Source: an uncultured Ruminococcus sp. (GTDB taxonomy: Bacteria; Bacillota; Clostridia; Oscillospirales; Acutalibacteraceae). From it: a DNA stretch of 64,000 nucleotides. Of this stretch, positions 1-9,596 are shown one piece after another. Position numbers and translations under genes: made by a program. The stretch's first letter is position 1. The number at the start of each line of letters is the position of its first letter. The notes beneath the pieces are model-generated. The model did not search any database, was not told where the DNA came from, and saw only the letters and a program-made list of their open reading frames with translations. The stretch is from contig CAZVSE010000001.1 of the NCBI GenBank assembly GCA_964629445.1, forward strand, positions 9,846 through 73,845. The letters are read 5' to 3'.

Positions 1-208
1 CGTCGGCGAAGCCGACACCTTACCTCTTACCTGCTCATCCTTTATAGGATGAGCATCGCATCATCGAATTTCACGGCATATGTGATGCCGTAAAATTGAA
101 TAGTGAATGATGAATAATTTTGGTGTCGGCTACGCCGACATATTATAAATTTGTGCCGTAGGCACTCCTTAATTCTTCATCTTTCATTTTTCATTATTCA
201 TTCTTCAC
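1..208. repeat. Cluster of five short GC-stem hairpins in AT-rich spacer downstream of queA
   Basis: Inverted repeats read directly: GTCGGC-gaa-GCCGAC (2-16), TGCTCATCC-tttata-GGATGAGCA (32-55), ACGGCAT-atgtg-ATGCCGT (73-91), TGTCGGC-tac-GCCGACA (124-140), GTGCC-gta-GGCAC (153-165). TGAAT-rich (98-118) and ATTCA/TTCAT-rich (172-208) tracts flank them. Confidence 0.6.
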
Positions 209-1234
209 CTATACAATAAGCATCGCATCGCCGAAGGAGAAAAAGCGATATTTCTCCTCCACGGCGTGGCGATAGGCGGCCATCGTGCGGTCGTAGCCGG
301 CGAAGGCACTGACGAGCATGATCAGCGTACTCTCGGGCAGGTGGAAGTTGGTGATCAGCCCGTCCAGCACCTGAAATTCATAACCGGGATAGATGAAAAT
401 GCTCGTCCACCCGTCAGCGGGCTCAACACGTCCGTTTGTCAGCCCGACGCTCTCCAGCGTGCGGCAGCTCGTCGTGCCGACGGCGATGACCCGACCGCCC
501 CGCTGGCGGGTACGGTTGATAGCATCCGCCGTCTCGGCGCTCAGCTCATAATGCTCGGCGTGCATCGTATGGTTTTCGATGACATCCTCCTTGACGGGGC
601 GGAATGTCCCCAGACCGACGTGCAACGTCACATAGGCGATGTCCACGCCCTTGGCGCGGATCTTTTCGAGCAGTTCGGGGGTGAAATGCAGACCCGCCGT
701 CGGCGCGGCGGCACTGCCCACCTCGCGGGAATACACCGTCTGGTAGCGTTCGCCGTTTTCCAGTTTCTTCTTAATATACGGCGGCAACGGCATCTGCCCG
801 ATGCGCTCGAGAACGTGATAAAAATTTCCCTCGTAAGAGAATTTGACCAATCGGTTGCCGCCCTCGAGGACATCCAGCACCTCGGCGGTGAGCAATCCAT
901 CACCGAACACGAGGATATCCCCCGTCTTCGCGCGGCGACCCGGACCTGCGAGTGCTTCCCACGTGTCATTGCCGCGGGGGGTGAGCAGCAGCAGTTCGAC
1001 ATTCGCCCCCGTGGCAGCGCGCTTACCGATAAGGCGTGCGGGCAACACGCGACTGTCGTTGAGCACAAGGCAGTCCCCTTCGTGCAGCAGATCAACAATA
1101 TGACAGAAGTGCCGATCGGTGATATCGCCGCTCGCGCGGTCAAGCGCCAGCAACCGCGACGCGTCCCGCGGCTCGATCGGCTCCTGCGCGATCAGCTCCT
1201 CGGGCAGATCGTAATAAAAATCCTGACGTAACAT
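209..1234 (-). CDS. queA: S-adenosylmethionine:tRNA ribosyltransferase-isomerase
   Basis: The ORF-track protein from internal Met195 reads [29 protein letters not shown]...TSCRTLES...[10 protein letters not shown], typical QueA. ATG at 1234-1232. The upstream part of the 535-aa ORF is R/G/H-rich junk overlapping the asd promoter. Confidence 0.93.
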   Translation of the reverse strand: MLRQDFYYDLPEELIAQEPIEPRDASRLLALDRASGDITDRHFCHIVDLLHEGDCLVLNDSRVLPARLIGKRAATGANVELLLLTPRGNDTWEALAGPGRRAKTGDILVFGDGLLTAEVLDVLEGGNRLVKFSYEGNFYHVLERIGQMPLPPYIKKKLENGERYQTVYSREVGSAAAPTAGLHFTPELLEKIRAKGVDIAYVTLHVGLGTFRPVKEDVIENHTMHAEHYELSAETADAINRTRQRGGRVIAVGTTSCRTLESVGLTNGRVEPADGWTSIFIYPGYEFQVLDGLITNFHLPESTLIMLVSAFAGYDRTMAAYRHAVEEKYRFFSFGDAMLIV

Positions 1235-1281
1235 TCCCTGTAAAACCCTGCTTTCTTTCGGCGAAAAACCGCGCCGTGTTA

Positions 1282-1311
1282 TTGACAACCCACTATAATG
1301 AGTGGTAGAAT
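1282..1311 (+). promoter_or_regulatory. sigma-A type promoter for asd-dapA-dapB
   Basis: TTGACA (1282-1287), 18-nt spacer, TGg-TAGAAT (1303-1311), about 105 nt upstream of the asd ATG. Confidence 0.55.
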
Positions 1312-1417
1312 AGGGGACGATGTAAAGGTTATCCTTGTCATTATACAATATAAGCGGCATTTTTTCAACGGTTTTTTCCGATTTGTTCTGTTCCGCTTTG
1401 AAAGGAAGTATGTTTAT

Positions 1418-2491
1418 ATGAAACAGTATCGTGTAGGTGTCGTCGGTTGCACCGGTATGGTCGGTCAACGGTTTATGACCCTGTTGGAGAATCATCCATG
1501 GTTCAACGTCACCGCCCTCGCCGCCAGCCCCCGCTCGGCGGGCAAGACGTACGAGGAGGCGGTCGCGGGTCGCTGGGCGATGGCCACCCCCATACCCGAG
1601 ACGATGAAGCCGATGACCGTGCTGGACGCCTCCGACGTGCAGGCGGTCGCCGCGCAGGTGGATTTCATCTTCTGCGCCGTCGATATGCCCAAGGCGGAGA
1701 TCCGCGCATTGGAAGAGGCGTACGCCAAGGCGGAATGCCCCGTCGTCTCCAACAACAGCGCTCACCGCGGCACCCCCGACGTGCCGATGATCATTCCCGA
1801 ACTCAACTGGCAGCACGAGGAGATCATTGCGAGCCAGCGCAAGCGTCTGGGTACCAAGCGCGGCTTCGTCGCGGTCAAGTCAAACTGCTCGCTGCAGAGC
1901 TATGTTCCCGCCCTGTACCCGCTCGATGAGTTCGGCGTCAAAGAGGCGCTCGTCTGCACCTATCAAGCGATCTCCGGCGCAGGCAAGACCTTCGAGCGCT
2001 GGCCCGAGATGGTGGATAACGTTATCCCCTACATCGGCGGCGAAGAAGAGAAGTCCGAGCAGGAGCCGCTCAAGATCTGGGGCACCATCGAAAACGGCGA
2101 GATCGTCCCTGCGACCTCTCCTGCTTTCACCGCGCAGTGTCTGCGCGTGCCGGTGACCGACGGTCACTTCGCCGCGGTGTTCGTCCGCTTCGAGAATAAG
2201 CCCACCAAGGAGCAGATCATCGACAAGTGGAACAATTTCTCCGGCCGTCCGCAGGAGCTCAAGCTCCCCTCCGCGCCCGAGCATTTCCTCAAGTATTTCG
2301 AGGAGGATAATATGCCGCAGACCAAGCTGCACCGCGACCTCGAGGGCGGTATGTCCGTCTCGCTCGGTCGTCTGCGTGAGGACAGCCAGTATGACTACAA
2401 GTTCGTCGGTCTGTCTCACAACACTCTGCGCGGTGCTGCCGGCGGCGCGGTGCTGCTCGCCGAACTGCTGTGCGCGGATAATTATATCTGA
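1418..2491 (+). CDS. asd: Aspartate-semialdehyde dehydrogenase
   Basis: [20 protein letters not shown]-terminal Rossmann motif, SNCS active-site Cys region, C-terminal [16 protein letters not shown] at 1418. Confidence 0.92.
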   Translation: MKQYRVGVVGCTGMVGQRFMTLLENHPWFNVTALAASPRSAGKTYEEAVAGRWAMATPIPETMKPMTVLDASDVQAVAAQVDFIFCAVDMPKAEIRALEEAYAKAECPVVSNNSAHRGTPDVPMIIPELNWQHEEIIASQRKRLGTKRGFVAVKSNCSLQSYVPALYPLDEFGVKEALVCTYQAISGAGKTFERWPEMVDNVIPYIGGEEEKSEQEPLKIWGTIENGEIVPATSPAFTAQCLRVPVTDGHFAAVFVRFENKPTKEQIIDKWNNFSGRPQELKLPSAPEHFLKYFEEDNMPQTKLHRDLEGGMSVSLGRLREDSQYDYKFVGLSHNTLRGAAGGAVLLAELLCADNYI

Positions 2492-2521
2492 TATTCAAAA
2501 TTTTCATAGGGGGCGTTTTTT

Positions 2522-3412
2522 ATGAGTAAACAAGCGTTATTCACCGGTGCCGGCGTGGCGCTCGTCACCCCGATGCTGCCCGACGGCAGCATCAACTACG
2601 CCAAGATCGAAGAGCTGGTCGACCGGCACATTGATAACGGCACAGATGCCATCATTATGTGCGGCACGACGGGCGAAGCCCCCACCCTCAAGATGGCAGA
2701 GCATCTCGAGGCGATCAAGGTCGCCGTCGATCGCGCCGCAGGGCGTCTGCCCATCATCGCGGGCACCGGCTCTAACGATACCGACCACTGCATCAACTCC
2801 TGCCGCGAGGCGAAACGCCTCGGCGCGGACGGACTGCTGTTGGTGTCGCCCTACTACAACAAGACCTCACAGCGGGGCTTAATCGCCCACTACACGGCGG
2901 TCGCGGCGAGCGCCGATCTACCGATGATCCTCTACAACGTCCCCTCCCGCACAGGGCTGAACATCCAGCCCGAAACGGTGGCGACGCTCGCCAAGGTGGA
3001 GAACATCGTCGGCCTCAAGCAGGCAAACGGTGACCTCTCCTCGGTGGCGAAGATCGCCGCCATGTGCGACCTGCCGATCTATTCGGGCAACGATGACCAG
3101 ATCGTGCCGATCCTGTCGCTCGGGGGCTTAGGCGTTATCTCGGTGCTGTCCAACGTCATCCCGCGCGAGACGCACGACATCTGTCAGACGTGGTTTGACG
3201 GCAACGTCGAGGAGAGCAAGCGGTTGCAGTTGCACTATCTCGACCTTGCCAACGGGCTGTTTACCGACGTCAACCCCATCCCCGTGAAGGCGGCAATGAA
3301 CTTAATGGGTATGAACGTCGGCGAATGCCGCCTGCCGCTCTACCCGATGGAGGACAAAGCCCTTGCCGCGCTGGATGCCATCCTGCGCCGCCACGGATTA
3401 ATAAAGGAGTAA
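2522..3412 (+). CDS. dapA: 4-hydroxy-tetrahydrodipicolinate synthase
   Basis: GVALVTPM...GTTGE...YNKT...YNVPSRT motifs. Sits between asd and dapB. Confidence 0.95.
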   Translation: MSKQALFTGAGVALVTPMLPDGSINYAKIEELVDRHIDNGTDAIIMCGTTGEAPTLKMAEHLEAIKVAVDRAAGRLPIIAGTGSNDTDHCINSCREAKRLGADGLLLVSPYYNKTSQRGLIAHYTAVAASADLPMILYNVPSRTGLNIQPETVATLAKVENIVGLKQANGDLSSVAKIAAMCDLPIYSGNDDQIVPILSLGGLGVISVLSNVIPRETHDICQTWFDGNVEESKRLQLHYLDLANGLFTDVNPIPVKAAMNLMGMNVGECRLPLYPMEDKALAALDAILRRHGLIKE

Positions 3413-3418
3413 AAACGT

Positions 3419-4168
3419 ATGCGTATTTTGCTTTGCGGCTGTCAGGGCCGTATGGGACACGCAGTCGCCGCCGCCGTCAAGGACGGCGAAGTCATCGTCG
3501 CGGGTATTGACGCGGTGTGGAGCGAGCGCGACTTCCCCGTCTATGCCAACCCCGCCGACTGCACCGAAGCAGTAGACGTGATCATCGACTTCTCCAATCC
3601 CGCCGCGCTGGACGGCGTGCTGACCTATGCGGTCGTACGCGGCGTACCCGCGGTCATCTGCACCACGGGGCTGTCCGCCGAGCAGACGCAGGCGGTGCGC
3701 GACGCCGCCGCGAAGGTGCCGGTATTCTTTAGCGGCAATATGAGCCTCGGCATCGGACTGCTCACCGCGCTGACCAAAAAGGCGGCGGCGGTACTCGGCG
3801 AGGATTTCGACATTGAGATCCTTGAGATGCATCACAACCAAAAGCTCGACGCGCCGTCGGGTACGGCGATGATGCTCGCGGACGCGGCAAAAGCGGGGCT
3901 TTCCTATGAACCCGAGTATGTCTACACCCGCCACGACCGCCGCGAGAAACGCGGTGACAAGGAGATCGGCATCTCCGCCATCCGCGGCGGCAACATCATC
4001 GGCGAGCATCAGGTGATCTTTGCGGGCGCGGATGAGGTCATTAACATCACCCACCGCGCACAATCCCGCGCCCTGTTCGCCACGGGCGCCCTGCGCGCCG
4101 CCCGCTTTCTCGTCGACAAGCCCGCAGGGCTGTACAATATGGATGACTTGATGGCGCAAGTGCTTTAA
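3419..4168 (+). CDS. dapB: 4-hydroxy-tetrahydrodipicolinate reductase
   Basis: MRILLCGCQGRMG, EMHHNQKLDAPSGTA and IRGGNIIGEH motifs. RBS AAAGGAG at 3403-3409. Confidence 0.95.
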   Translation: MRILLCGCQGRMGHAVAAAVKDGEVIVAGIDAVWSERDFPVYANPADCTEAVDVIIDFSNPAALDGVLTYAVVRGVPAVICTTGLSAEQTQAVRDAAAKVPVFFSGNMSLGIGLLTALTKKAAAVLGEDFDIEILEMHHNQKLDAPSGTAMMLADAAKAGLSYEPEYVYTRHDRREKRGDKEIGISAIRGGNIIGEHQVIFAGADEVINITHRAQSRALFATGALRAARFLVDKPAGLYNMDDLMAQVL

Positions 4169-4177
4169 TAACAACAG

Positions 4178-4207
4178 GGTCGGCAACCGTTTGGTTGCCG
4201 ACCCTGT
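4178..4207. terminator. Bidirectional intrinsic terminator (dapB / lipoprotein gene)
   Basis: CAGGGTCGGCAACC-gttt-GGTTGCCGACCCTG, a perfect 14-bp stem between convergent genes. Confidence 0.7.
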
Positions 4208-4210
4208 GGC

Positions 4211-4717
4211 TTATTTCGCCTGCAGGTTATCCACAAGCTTCTTCATCACAGCCTGACATAATCCCTTGGTGCTTACCACCGTCGGGTCGTTGACACTGAC
4301 AGCGATGGAATAGCCTTCGCAGAAGTGGATCATCTCTCCCGTGAGATCATACCAATAGGCACGCTCGCCGAGCGCGGCGTCCTGTTCGCCGCCCGTAAGC
4401 CCCGCGATCATCGCGTCGTACAATTCGGCGGTCGCGTTCTCCATACTCACCGACACACTGCGCTGAGCATCCGCGGAGGAATAGACCACCCACGTACCCT
4501 CCTCGTACGGTTCCGATGCGGTCATATCCACACCCATAATCGTGCTGACCTCCGCCGCGGACAAGCAGTCGGTGATCGTGATATTCAGCGGCGGGGCGAT
4601 GTCGGGCAGATAATCGCTCGGGGCAAGGCTCTCGCTCCCGTCCTTGTTGCCGCAGGCGACAAGCGACAACAGCAACATCGTCGCCAACACCAGCGCACAC
4701 CATCGAGATTTGTTCAT
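4211..4717 (-). CDS. Hypothetical lipoprotein
   Basis: Signal peptide with lipobox (MNKSRWCALVLATMLLLSLVAC-G). ATG at 4717 with AAAGGA RBS. No family recognised. Confidence 0.7.
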   Translation of the reverse strand: MNKSRWCALVLATMLLLSLVACGNKDGSESLAPSDYLPDIAPPLNITITDCLSAAEVSTIMGVDMTASEPYEEGTWVVYSSADAQRSVSVSMENATAELYDAMIAGLTGGEQDAALGERAYWYDLTGEMIHFCEGYSIAVSVNDPTVVSTKGLCQAVMKKLVDNLQAK

Positions 4718-4827
4718 ATCATCGCATCCTTTTCAAAGTTTTTGAAAATTTGATTTTTGCTCTTTTCACAGCGAGGTTTTTGTGGTATGATGAAGATCGT
4801 AACGAATTGCAAAGGAGATACACCGCT

Positions 4828-5415
4828 ATGTCGGATGTTTTTTCTGCCGGCGTTCAGCCCGGCGGTCTGAATACCTCGCAGGAGATCAAGATCCTGCTGT
4901 GCTATATGTTGCACACCGTCAACTGCGCAATGCCGCGCAACGAGGTCACCGACATCATTGTCGGCGGCGGAATGGCCAATTACTTCGACACCGAGGACGC
5001 GATCGAAGAACTCCTCCGCCTGCAGCATCTCGTCACCGACGATGAGCGTAACATCGCCACCACCGTCACGGGCAGTCAGATCGGTGACTCCTTGTCGATG
5101 CGCATCCCCTACACCCTGCGCGAGCGATCGATCGCCGCCGCCCTGCAGCTACTCAAGCGCAAAAAGATTGAAAAAGACAACAAAGTGGATATCCGCCGCC
5201 TCGACGACGGCGGGTGTCAGGTGACCTGCACCGTCCTCGATCAGGGAAAGCCGCTACTGTCGGTTGCCCTGCGCGTAACGGACGAGCATCAGGCCGCACA
5301 GATCAAAGAGAATTTCCTCGCTGATCCGTCCTTCCTCTACCGCTCAAATCTCGCGGTGTTGACGGGGGATGCAAGCCTGCGCCGCGCGGGCACACAGCTC
5401 GTTATTAAACTGTAA
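4828..5415 (+). CDS. DUF4364-like protein
   Basis: MSDVFSAGVQPGGLNTSQEIKILLCYML N-terminus resembles the clostridial DUF4364 family. ATG at 4828 preceded by AAAGGAGA. Confidence 0.6.
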   Translation: MSDVFSAGVQPGGLNTSQEIKILLCYMLHTVNCAMPRNEVTDIIVGGGMANYFDTEDAIEELLRLQHLVTDDERNIATTVTGSQIGDSLSMRIPYTLRERSIAAALQLLKRKKIEKDNKVDIRRLDDGGCQVTCTVLDQGKPLLSVALRVTDEHQAAQIKENFLADPSFLYRSNLAVLTGDASLRRAGTQLVIKL

Positions 5416-5475
5416 TGGTATTATAGCATATTCGCAAACAAATTACCACACCAATTTTCAAAGGAGTTACCCTTT

Positions 5476-6141
5476 ATGCGTATGCGCCGCAAGAAAAATC
5501 TCGACAGTCGGATGGCGCTCTGCGCCGAGCGCGTCACCAATATCCTCGTCAAGGACCGCCGCTTTGACGCGACCGACAATGACACCCTGCTCGACTATGC
5601 CGCGATCTTCGGCAACGACCACCCCGTGCATCTCGAGATCGGATGCGGCAAGGGCGGCTTCATCTGCGAGATCGCCGCGCGGCATCCCGAGATCAATTTC
5701 CTCGCGGTGGAGAAATACGGCAACGTTCTCGTTACTGCCGTCGAGCGCGCCCGCGCGATGGAGCTTGACAACATCTGGTTTTTGTGGGGAGATGCGGAAT
5801 ATCTACCGCGCTTTATCCCCGCGGGCAGCATTGCGGCGCTGTATCTCAACTTCTCCACCCCGTTCCCGAAGGCGCGCAGTGCGGTGCATCGCCTGACCCA
5901 CGGGCATTTCCTTAAGATGTATAAGGAACTGCTCGCCGCGGATGCCCGCGTGGTGCAGAAGACTGACGACCGCGGCTTTTTCCAGTTCTCTCTCGAGCAG
6001 TTTTCGCAGTGCGGCTACACCCTGCAGCGCGTGTCGCTTGACCTGCACGCCGACGACTACCCCGACAACATCGTCACCGAATACGAGCGCAAGTTTATGG
6101 AGCAGGGACTGCCGATCTACCGACTGGAAGCGACCTTGTAA
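5476..6141 (+). CDS. trmB: tRNA (guanine46-N7)-methyltransferase
   Basis: HLEIGCGKGGF SAM motif, LNFSTPFPK, TDDRGFF. RBS AAGGAG at 5461-5466. Confidence 0.9.
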   Translation: MRMRRKKNLDSRMALCAERVTNILVKDRRFDATDNDTLLDYAAIFGNDHPVHLEIGCGKGGFICEIAARHPEINFLAVEKYGNVLVTAVERARAMELDNIWFLWGDAEYLPRFIPAGSIAALYLNFSTPFPKARSAVHRLTHGHFLKMYKELLAADARVVQKTDDRGFFQFSLEQFSQCGYTLQRVSLDLHADDYPDNIVTEYERKFMEQGLPIYRLEATL

Positions 6142-6154
6142 GAATAGAACAGAG

Positions 6155-6187
6155 AAAGCCCGCCGCGACGTTGTCGCGGCGGGCTTT
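6155..6187. terminator. Intrinsic terminator after trmB (also downstream of the convergent XRE gene)
   Basis: AAAGCCCGCCGCGAC-gtt-GTCGCGGCGGGCTTT followed by TTT. Confidence 0.8.
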
Positions 6188-6192
6188 TTAAC

Positions 6193-6408
6193 TTATTTCA
6201 AGCATCGGGGTTCGTCGATAAAGCCGAGAATGTAATCGGCGGATACATTATACAGCTTGCAAAACTCCGTCAAGGTGTCCGGATCGATCTTGCGCCTTTC
6301 GTTTTCATAGCGAGAGATCGTTGCGTATGTTGTGTTCATCCGTTGCGCGACCTGCTCCAATGTCATATGTGCAGATTTTCGTGCGGTTCTTAATCTTTCG
6401 CCAAACAT
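6193..6408 (-). CDS. XRE-family helix-turn-helix transcriptional regulator (71 aa)
   Basis: FGERLRTARKSAHMTLEQVAQRMNTTYATISRYENERRKI is a classic HTH_3 pattern. ATG at 6408. Confidence 0.85.
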   Translation of the reverse strand: MFGERLRTARKSAHMTLEQVAQRMNTTYATISRYENERRKIDPDTLTEFCKLYNVSADYILGFIDEPRCLK

Positions 6409-6466
6409 TCCCTCGCCCCCTTTTGTACCATTTTAGCACATTTCGCACCCCTGCCTTTTACCTATT

Positions 6467-6510
6467 TGGTAAACTTGCTAATTGTTCCAAACTGGTAAAC
6501 TTGTTATAAT
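6467..6510 (+). promoter_or_regulatory. Plus-strand promoter with 11-nt direct-repeat operators, divergent from the XRE gene
   Basis: TGGTAAACTTG occurs twice (6467-6477 and 6493-6503, 26-bp period). TTGTTC (6482-6487), 17 nt, TATAAT (6505-6510). Confidence 0.5.
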
Positions 6511-6546
6511 AAAACATAACGCACAGCTCCGGCCGCCAAGCAACGC

Positions 6547-6620
6547 GGGACGGGAGGCACGTCCCCTACACACAGGAAGGTTGTAATCGTAGGGGCGGGC
6601 ATCCTCTGTCCGCCCCTACG
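6547..6620. repeat. REP-like GC-rich hairpins (GTAGGG...CCCTAC type)
   Basis: GGGACG-ggaggca-CGTCCC (6547-6565). CGTAGGGGCGG-gcatcctctgt-CCGCCCCTACG (6588-6620, perfect 11-bp stem). The CCCTACACACA motif is shared with 34828-34838. Confidence 0.7.
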
Positions 6621-6643
6621 ATGGTATTCATCCTCTGCACAAA

Positions 6644-6679
6644 CAGCCCCCGTCGTTCACGTTTGAACGTCGGGGGCTG
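6644..6679. terminator. Bidirectional terminator downstream of the clp gene
   Basis: CAGCCCCCGTCG...CGTCGGGGGCTG stem (11 of 12 pairs). TTTATAT follows on plus, TTTGTG on minus. Confidence 0.7.
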
Positions 6680-6690
6680 TTTATATATCA

Positions 6691-8985
6691 TTATATATAA
6701 TTCAGCGTCACGCCATCATCTGTACCGTCGAGGGTGACCGCGGTGACGGGGTCGTCGTGGCGGTTAACAATGGTCTCGGCGATCTTGTTCTCTACCTCGC
6801 GGCGGATGAGGTTGCGCAGATCGCGCGCACCCCGCTTGCCTCCGTGGGACTTTTCCGCAAGCGCGGCGAGTGCCGCGTCTGTCCACGTAAGCTGAATGCC
6901 GCGCTCAGCGAGCGGGTCGACAAGCTCTCCCAGCATCAGCCGCGCGATGTCGACAAAATTCTCCTTCGACAACGGGCGGAAGAACACGATCTCATCCACG
7001 CGCCCGATGAACTCGGGGCGCAGGAAATCGCTCAGCGCCTTAATGGCACGATCCTTCGCCGCGTCGCTCTCAGTCTTGCCGAAGCCCATCAGATTTTCCT
7101 TGAGCTGACTGCCCGCGTTGGAGGTCATCACGATGACGGTGTTCTCAAAGTTCACCACCCGCCCGTGGGCGTCGGTGACGCGACCCTCATCGAGAATCTG
7201 TAAGAGGATATTCAGCACATCGGGGTGCGCCTTTTCGATCTCGTCGAACAGAATGACGGAATACGGCTTGCGACGCACCTTTTCGGTGAGCTGACCCGCC
7301 TCGTCATAGCCGACATAGCCGGGGGGTGAGCCGATGATGCGGGACACCGCGTGCTTCTCCATAAACTCCGACATATCCAGACGGATGAGCGTCTCAGGCG
7401 TGTCGAACAGCTGTGCGGCGAGCACCTTGACGAGCTCGGTCTTACCGATGCCGGTCGAACCGACGAAAATAAAGGATGCGGGACGGCGACGGGGGCTGAT
7501 CTGCACCCGACTGCGGCGGATCGCGGCGGCAACCGCCTCGACCGCCTCCTCTTGCCCGATGACCTTCGCCCGCAGAGCATCCTCGAGCTGCGCGAGCCGT
7601 CCAAGCTCGCTCTCCTGCACCTTGGACGCGGGAATGCCCGTCCATAGCTCGATCACCCGCGCGAGCGCCTCCGTCGTCACGGGCGCGGCGGTCGCTTCCT
7701 GACGCACTTCCTCGACCTGCTGCTGCACCTGCAACAGTTGGGCGCGGGTATTAGCAAGCGACTCATAGTCGATGTTCTCCGCGGACAGCGCGGTTTCTTC
7801 TTCATTTTTCAGACGGCTTTCCTCCGTCTGCAGGCGGGCGTATTCATCCGCTTTTTTGTTGGCGAGCGCCGTCGCGGCGCACGCCTCGTCCAGCAGGTCG
7901 ATCGCCTTATCCGGCAGATAGCGGTCGGTGATATACCGCTCAGCGAGCGACACCGCGCGGCGCAGAACGCCGTCAGCGACCGTCACGCCGTGATATCCCT
8001 CATAATAGGGACGCACACCACGCAGGATCTCGTAGGCCTCCTCCATCGACGGCTCTTCCACCGTCACGGGCTGGAAGCGGCGCTCAAGCGCCGCATCCTT
8101 CTCGATATATTTGCGGTATTCGTTAAACGTGGTCGCGCCAATGACCTGAATCTCGCCGCGGGAAAGCGCGGGCTTGAGGATATTCGCCGCGGACATACTG
8201 CCCTCGGAATCCCCCGTGCCGACAAGGGTGTGAACCTCGTCAATAAACAGGATGATGTTGCCCGCCGCCTTGACCTCGTCAATGAGTCCCTTGATGCGGC
8301 TCTCGAACTGTCCGCGGAACTGCGTACCGGCGACCAGCGCGGTCATATCCAGCAAATGCAGTTCTTTATCCCGCAGACGCAGCGGCACCTCCCCCGCCAC
8401 CATCCGCTGAGCAAGCCCCTCCGCGATGGCAGTCTTGCCGACACCCGGCTCACCGATGAGGCAGGGATTATTCTTGGTGCGGCGACAGAGGATCTGGGTG
8501 ACACGGTAGATCTCCCGCTCGCGTCCCACAGTCGGGTCCATCCGCCCCTGACGCGCCTTAGCGGTCAGGTCGGTGCAGTATTGGTCGAGGTATTTGCGTT
8601 TTTTGTCCTTATCGGCTTTTTTACCCTTCTTGGGCGGCTCGTCGCCCGACACCTCGCCCTTCGCGGGAGCGCCACCGGGAAACTGTCCGCCAAACAAATT
8701 CTGCAAGAACGGAAACGCGGGAGCGCCGCCGGGAGAAAAGCCCTCCTCGTCTTCGCCCTCGTCTTCGCCCAGTGCCATCATTTCTTGCATCTGTTCGGTC
8801 ATCTGCTCGACGTCCTCGTCGCTGATGCCGAACTTCTTGAGCATATCGTTGACGGGCTGAATGCCAAGTTCCTTCGCACAGGCAAGGCAATAGCCCTCGT
8901 TAGTCGTTTCTCCGTTGTCCACACGGGTGACAAACACCACAGCGGGACGCCTTTTGCAACGAACGCAGGTCATCATATTGTTCAT
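6691..8985 (-). CDS. Clp/Hsp100 AAA+ ATPase (ClpC-like, two AAA modules) with an atypical zinc-ribbon N-terminus
   Basis: Walker A GEPGVGKT and [22 protein letters not shown], short coiled-coil middle region, MGF tripeptide in D2. ATG at 8985 forms an ATGA overlap with the pgsA stop. N-terminus reads CVRC...CLAC instead of Clp_N repeats. Confidence 0.88.
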   Translation of the reverse strand: MNNMMTCVRCKRRPAVVFVTRVDNGETTNEGYCLACAKELGIQPVNDMLKKFGISDEDVEQMTEQMQEMMALGEDEGEDEEGFSPGGAPAFPFLQNLFGGQFPGGAPAKGEVSGDEPPKKGKKADKDKKRKYLDQYCTDLTAKARQGRMDPTVGREREIYRVTQILCRRTKNNPCLIGEPGVGKTAIAEGLAQRMVAGEVPLRLRDKELHLLDMTALVAGTQFRGQFESRIKGLIDEVKAAGNIILFIDEVHTLVGTGDSEGSMSAANILKPALSRGEIQVIGATTFNEYRKYIEKDAALERRFQPVTVEEPSMEEAYEILRGVRPYYEGYHGVTVADGVLRRAVSLAERYITDRYLPDKAIDLLDEACAATALANKKADEYARLQTEESRLKNEEETALSAENIDYESLANTRAQLLQVQQQVEEVRQEATAAPVTTEALARVIELWTGIPASKVQESELGRLAQLEDALRAKVIGQEEAVEAVAAAIRRSRVQISPRRRPASFIFVGSTGIGKTELVKVLAAQLFDTPETLIRLDMSEFMEKHAVSRIIGSPPGYVGYDEAGQLTEKVRRKPYSVILFDEIEKAHPDVLNILLQILDEGRVTDAHGRVVNFENTVIVMTSNAGSQLKENLMGFGKTESDAAKDRAIKALSDFLRPEFIGRVDEIVFFRPLSKENFVDIARLMLGELVDPLAERGIQLTWTDAALAALAEKSHGGKRGARDLRNLIRREVENKIAETIVNRHDDPVTAVTLDGTDDGVTLNYI

Positions 8986-9581
8986 CCTTTCTCGGGGTTG
9001 GGAGCAGCAGCAGGAACATCGGTCACATCCCGACGGATGCGGATAAACATCCGCAGATAGCCGACAAAAGCGATGAGCATCGATACACCCACCAGCCCAA
9101 CAAGCAGCCACAACAACCACGGCGCGGACACGACCAAGGTGTCATACCACAGCACGATGACCAGCATTGTCGCGTAAAACAGCACCGTCGACACCTTGCC
9201 GAACCATCGCGCACCCTGCGCCTGCACATTCTTCTTAAGCAGCAGGATGCCGCCGATGCCCTGCGACAACTCCTTGACGAAGCACAGCACCGTCAGCGGC
9301 AAAAGCTCGGGATAGCGCGTCGTCAGACACACCACCACCGCTACCTGCGTCAGCTTATCTGATAAGGGATCGAGCAGTTTACCGCAGTCGGTGATCATAT
9401 GAAACCGTCGCGCGACGAAACCGTCGACTAAATCGGTCAGCCCTGACACGAGCAGCACCGCGAACGCACCCATATCGAGATGCAGCAGATACAGCGTCAC
9501 AAATACCGGGATGAGCGCTATGCGCGCCACCGACAACCCATTTGGAATATTCCATTTCCATTCCACATTCAGAATCTGCAT
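8982..9581 (-). CDS. pgsA: CDP-diacylglycerol--glycerol-3-phosphate 3-phosphatidyltransferase (CDP-alcohol phosphatidyltransferase family)
   Basis: NGLSVARIALIP...DLVDGFVARR...GKLLDPLSDK motif (D-G-x2-A-R...G-x3-D-x3-D). ATG at 9581; the ORF-track start at 9590 is TTG. Confidence 0.85.
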   Translation of the reverse strand: MQILNVEWKWNIPNGLSVARIALIPVFVTLYLLHLDMGAFAVLLVSGLTDLVDGFVARRFHMITDCGKLLDPLSDKLTQVAVVVCLTTRYPELLPLTVLCFVKELSQGIGGILLLKKNVQAQGARWFGKVSTVLFYATMLVIVLWYDTLVVSAPWLLWLLVGLVGVSMLIAFVGYLRMFIRIRRDVTDVPAAAPNPEKG

Positions 9582-9596
9582 ATCATGCAACCTTCT

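Noticed and set aside
1235-1417. Lysine (L-box) riboswitch upstream of asd-dapA-dapB
   Set aside because: The leader after the predicted promoter is only about 105 nt. I could not find the conserved L-box helices or motifs, so it was probably not a riboswitch. A covariance-model scan would settle it.
209-1816. 535-aa extended queA ORF
   Set aside because: The N-terminal 194 residues are junk-like and run across the asd promoter and the start of asd on the other strand. The QueA homology begins at the internal ATG at 1234.
7738-9060. 440-aa plus-strand ORF opposite the clp gene
   Set aside because: It is antisense to the AAA+ ATPase, with low-complexity R/L/G-rich translation.
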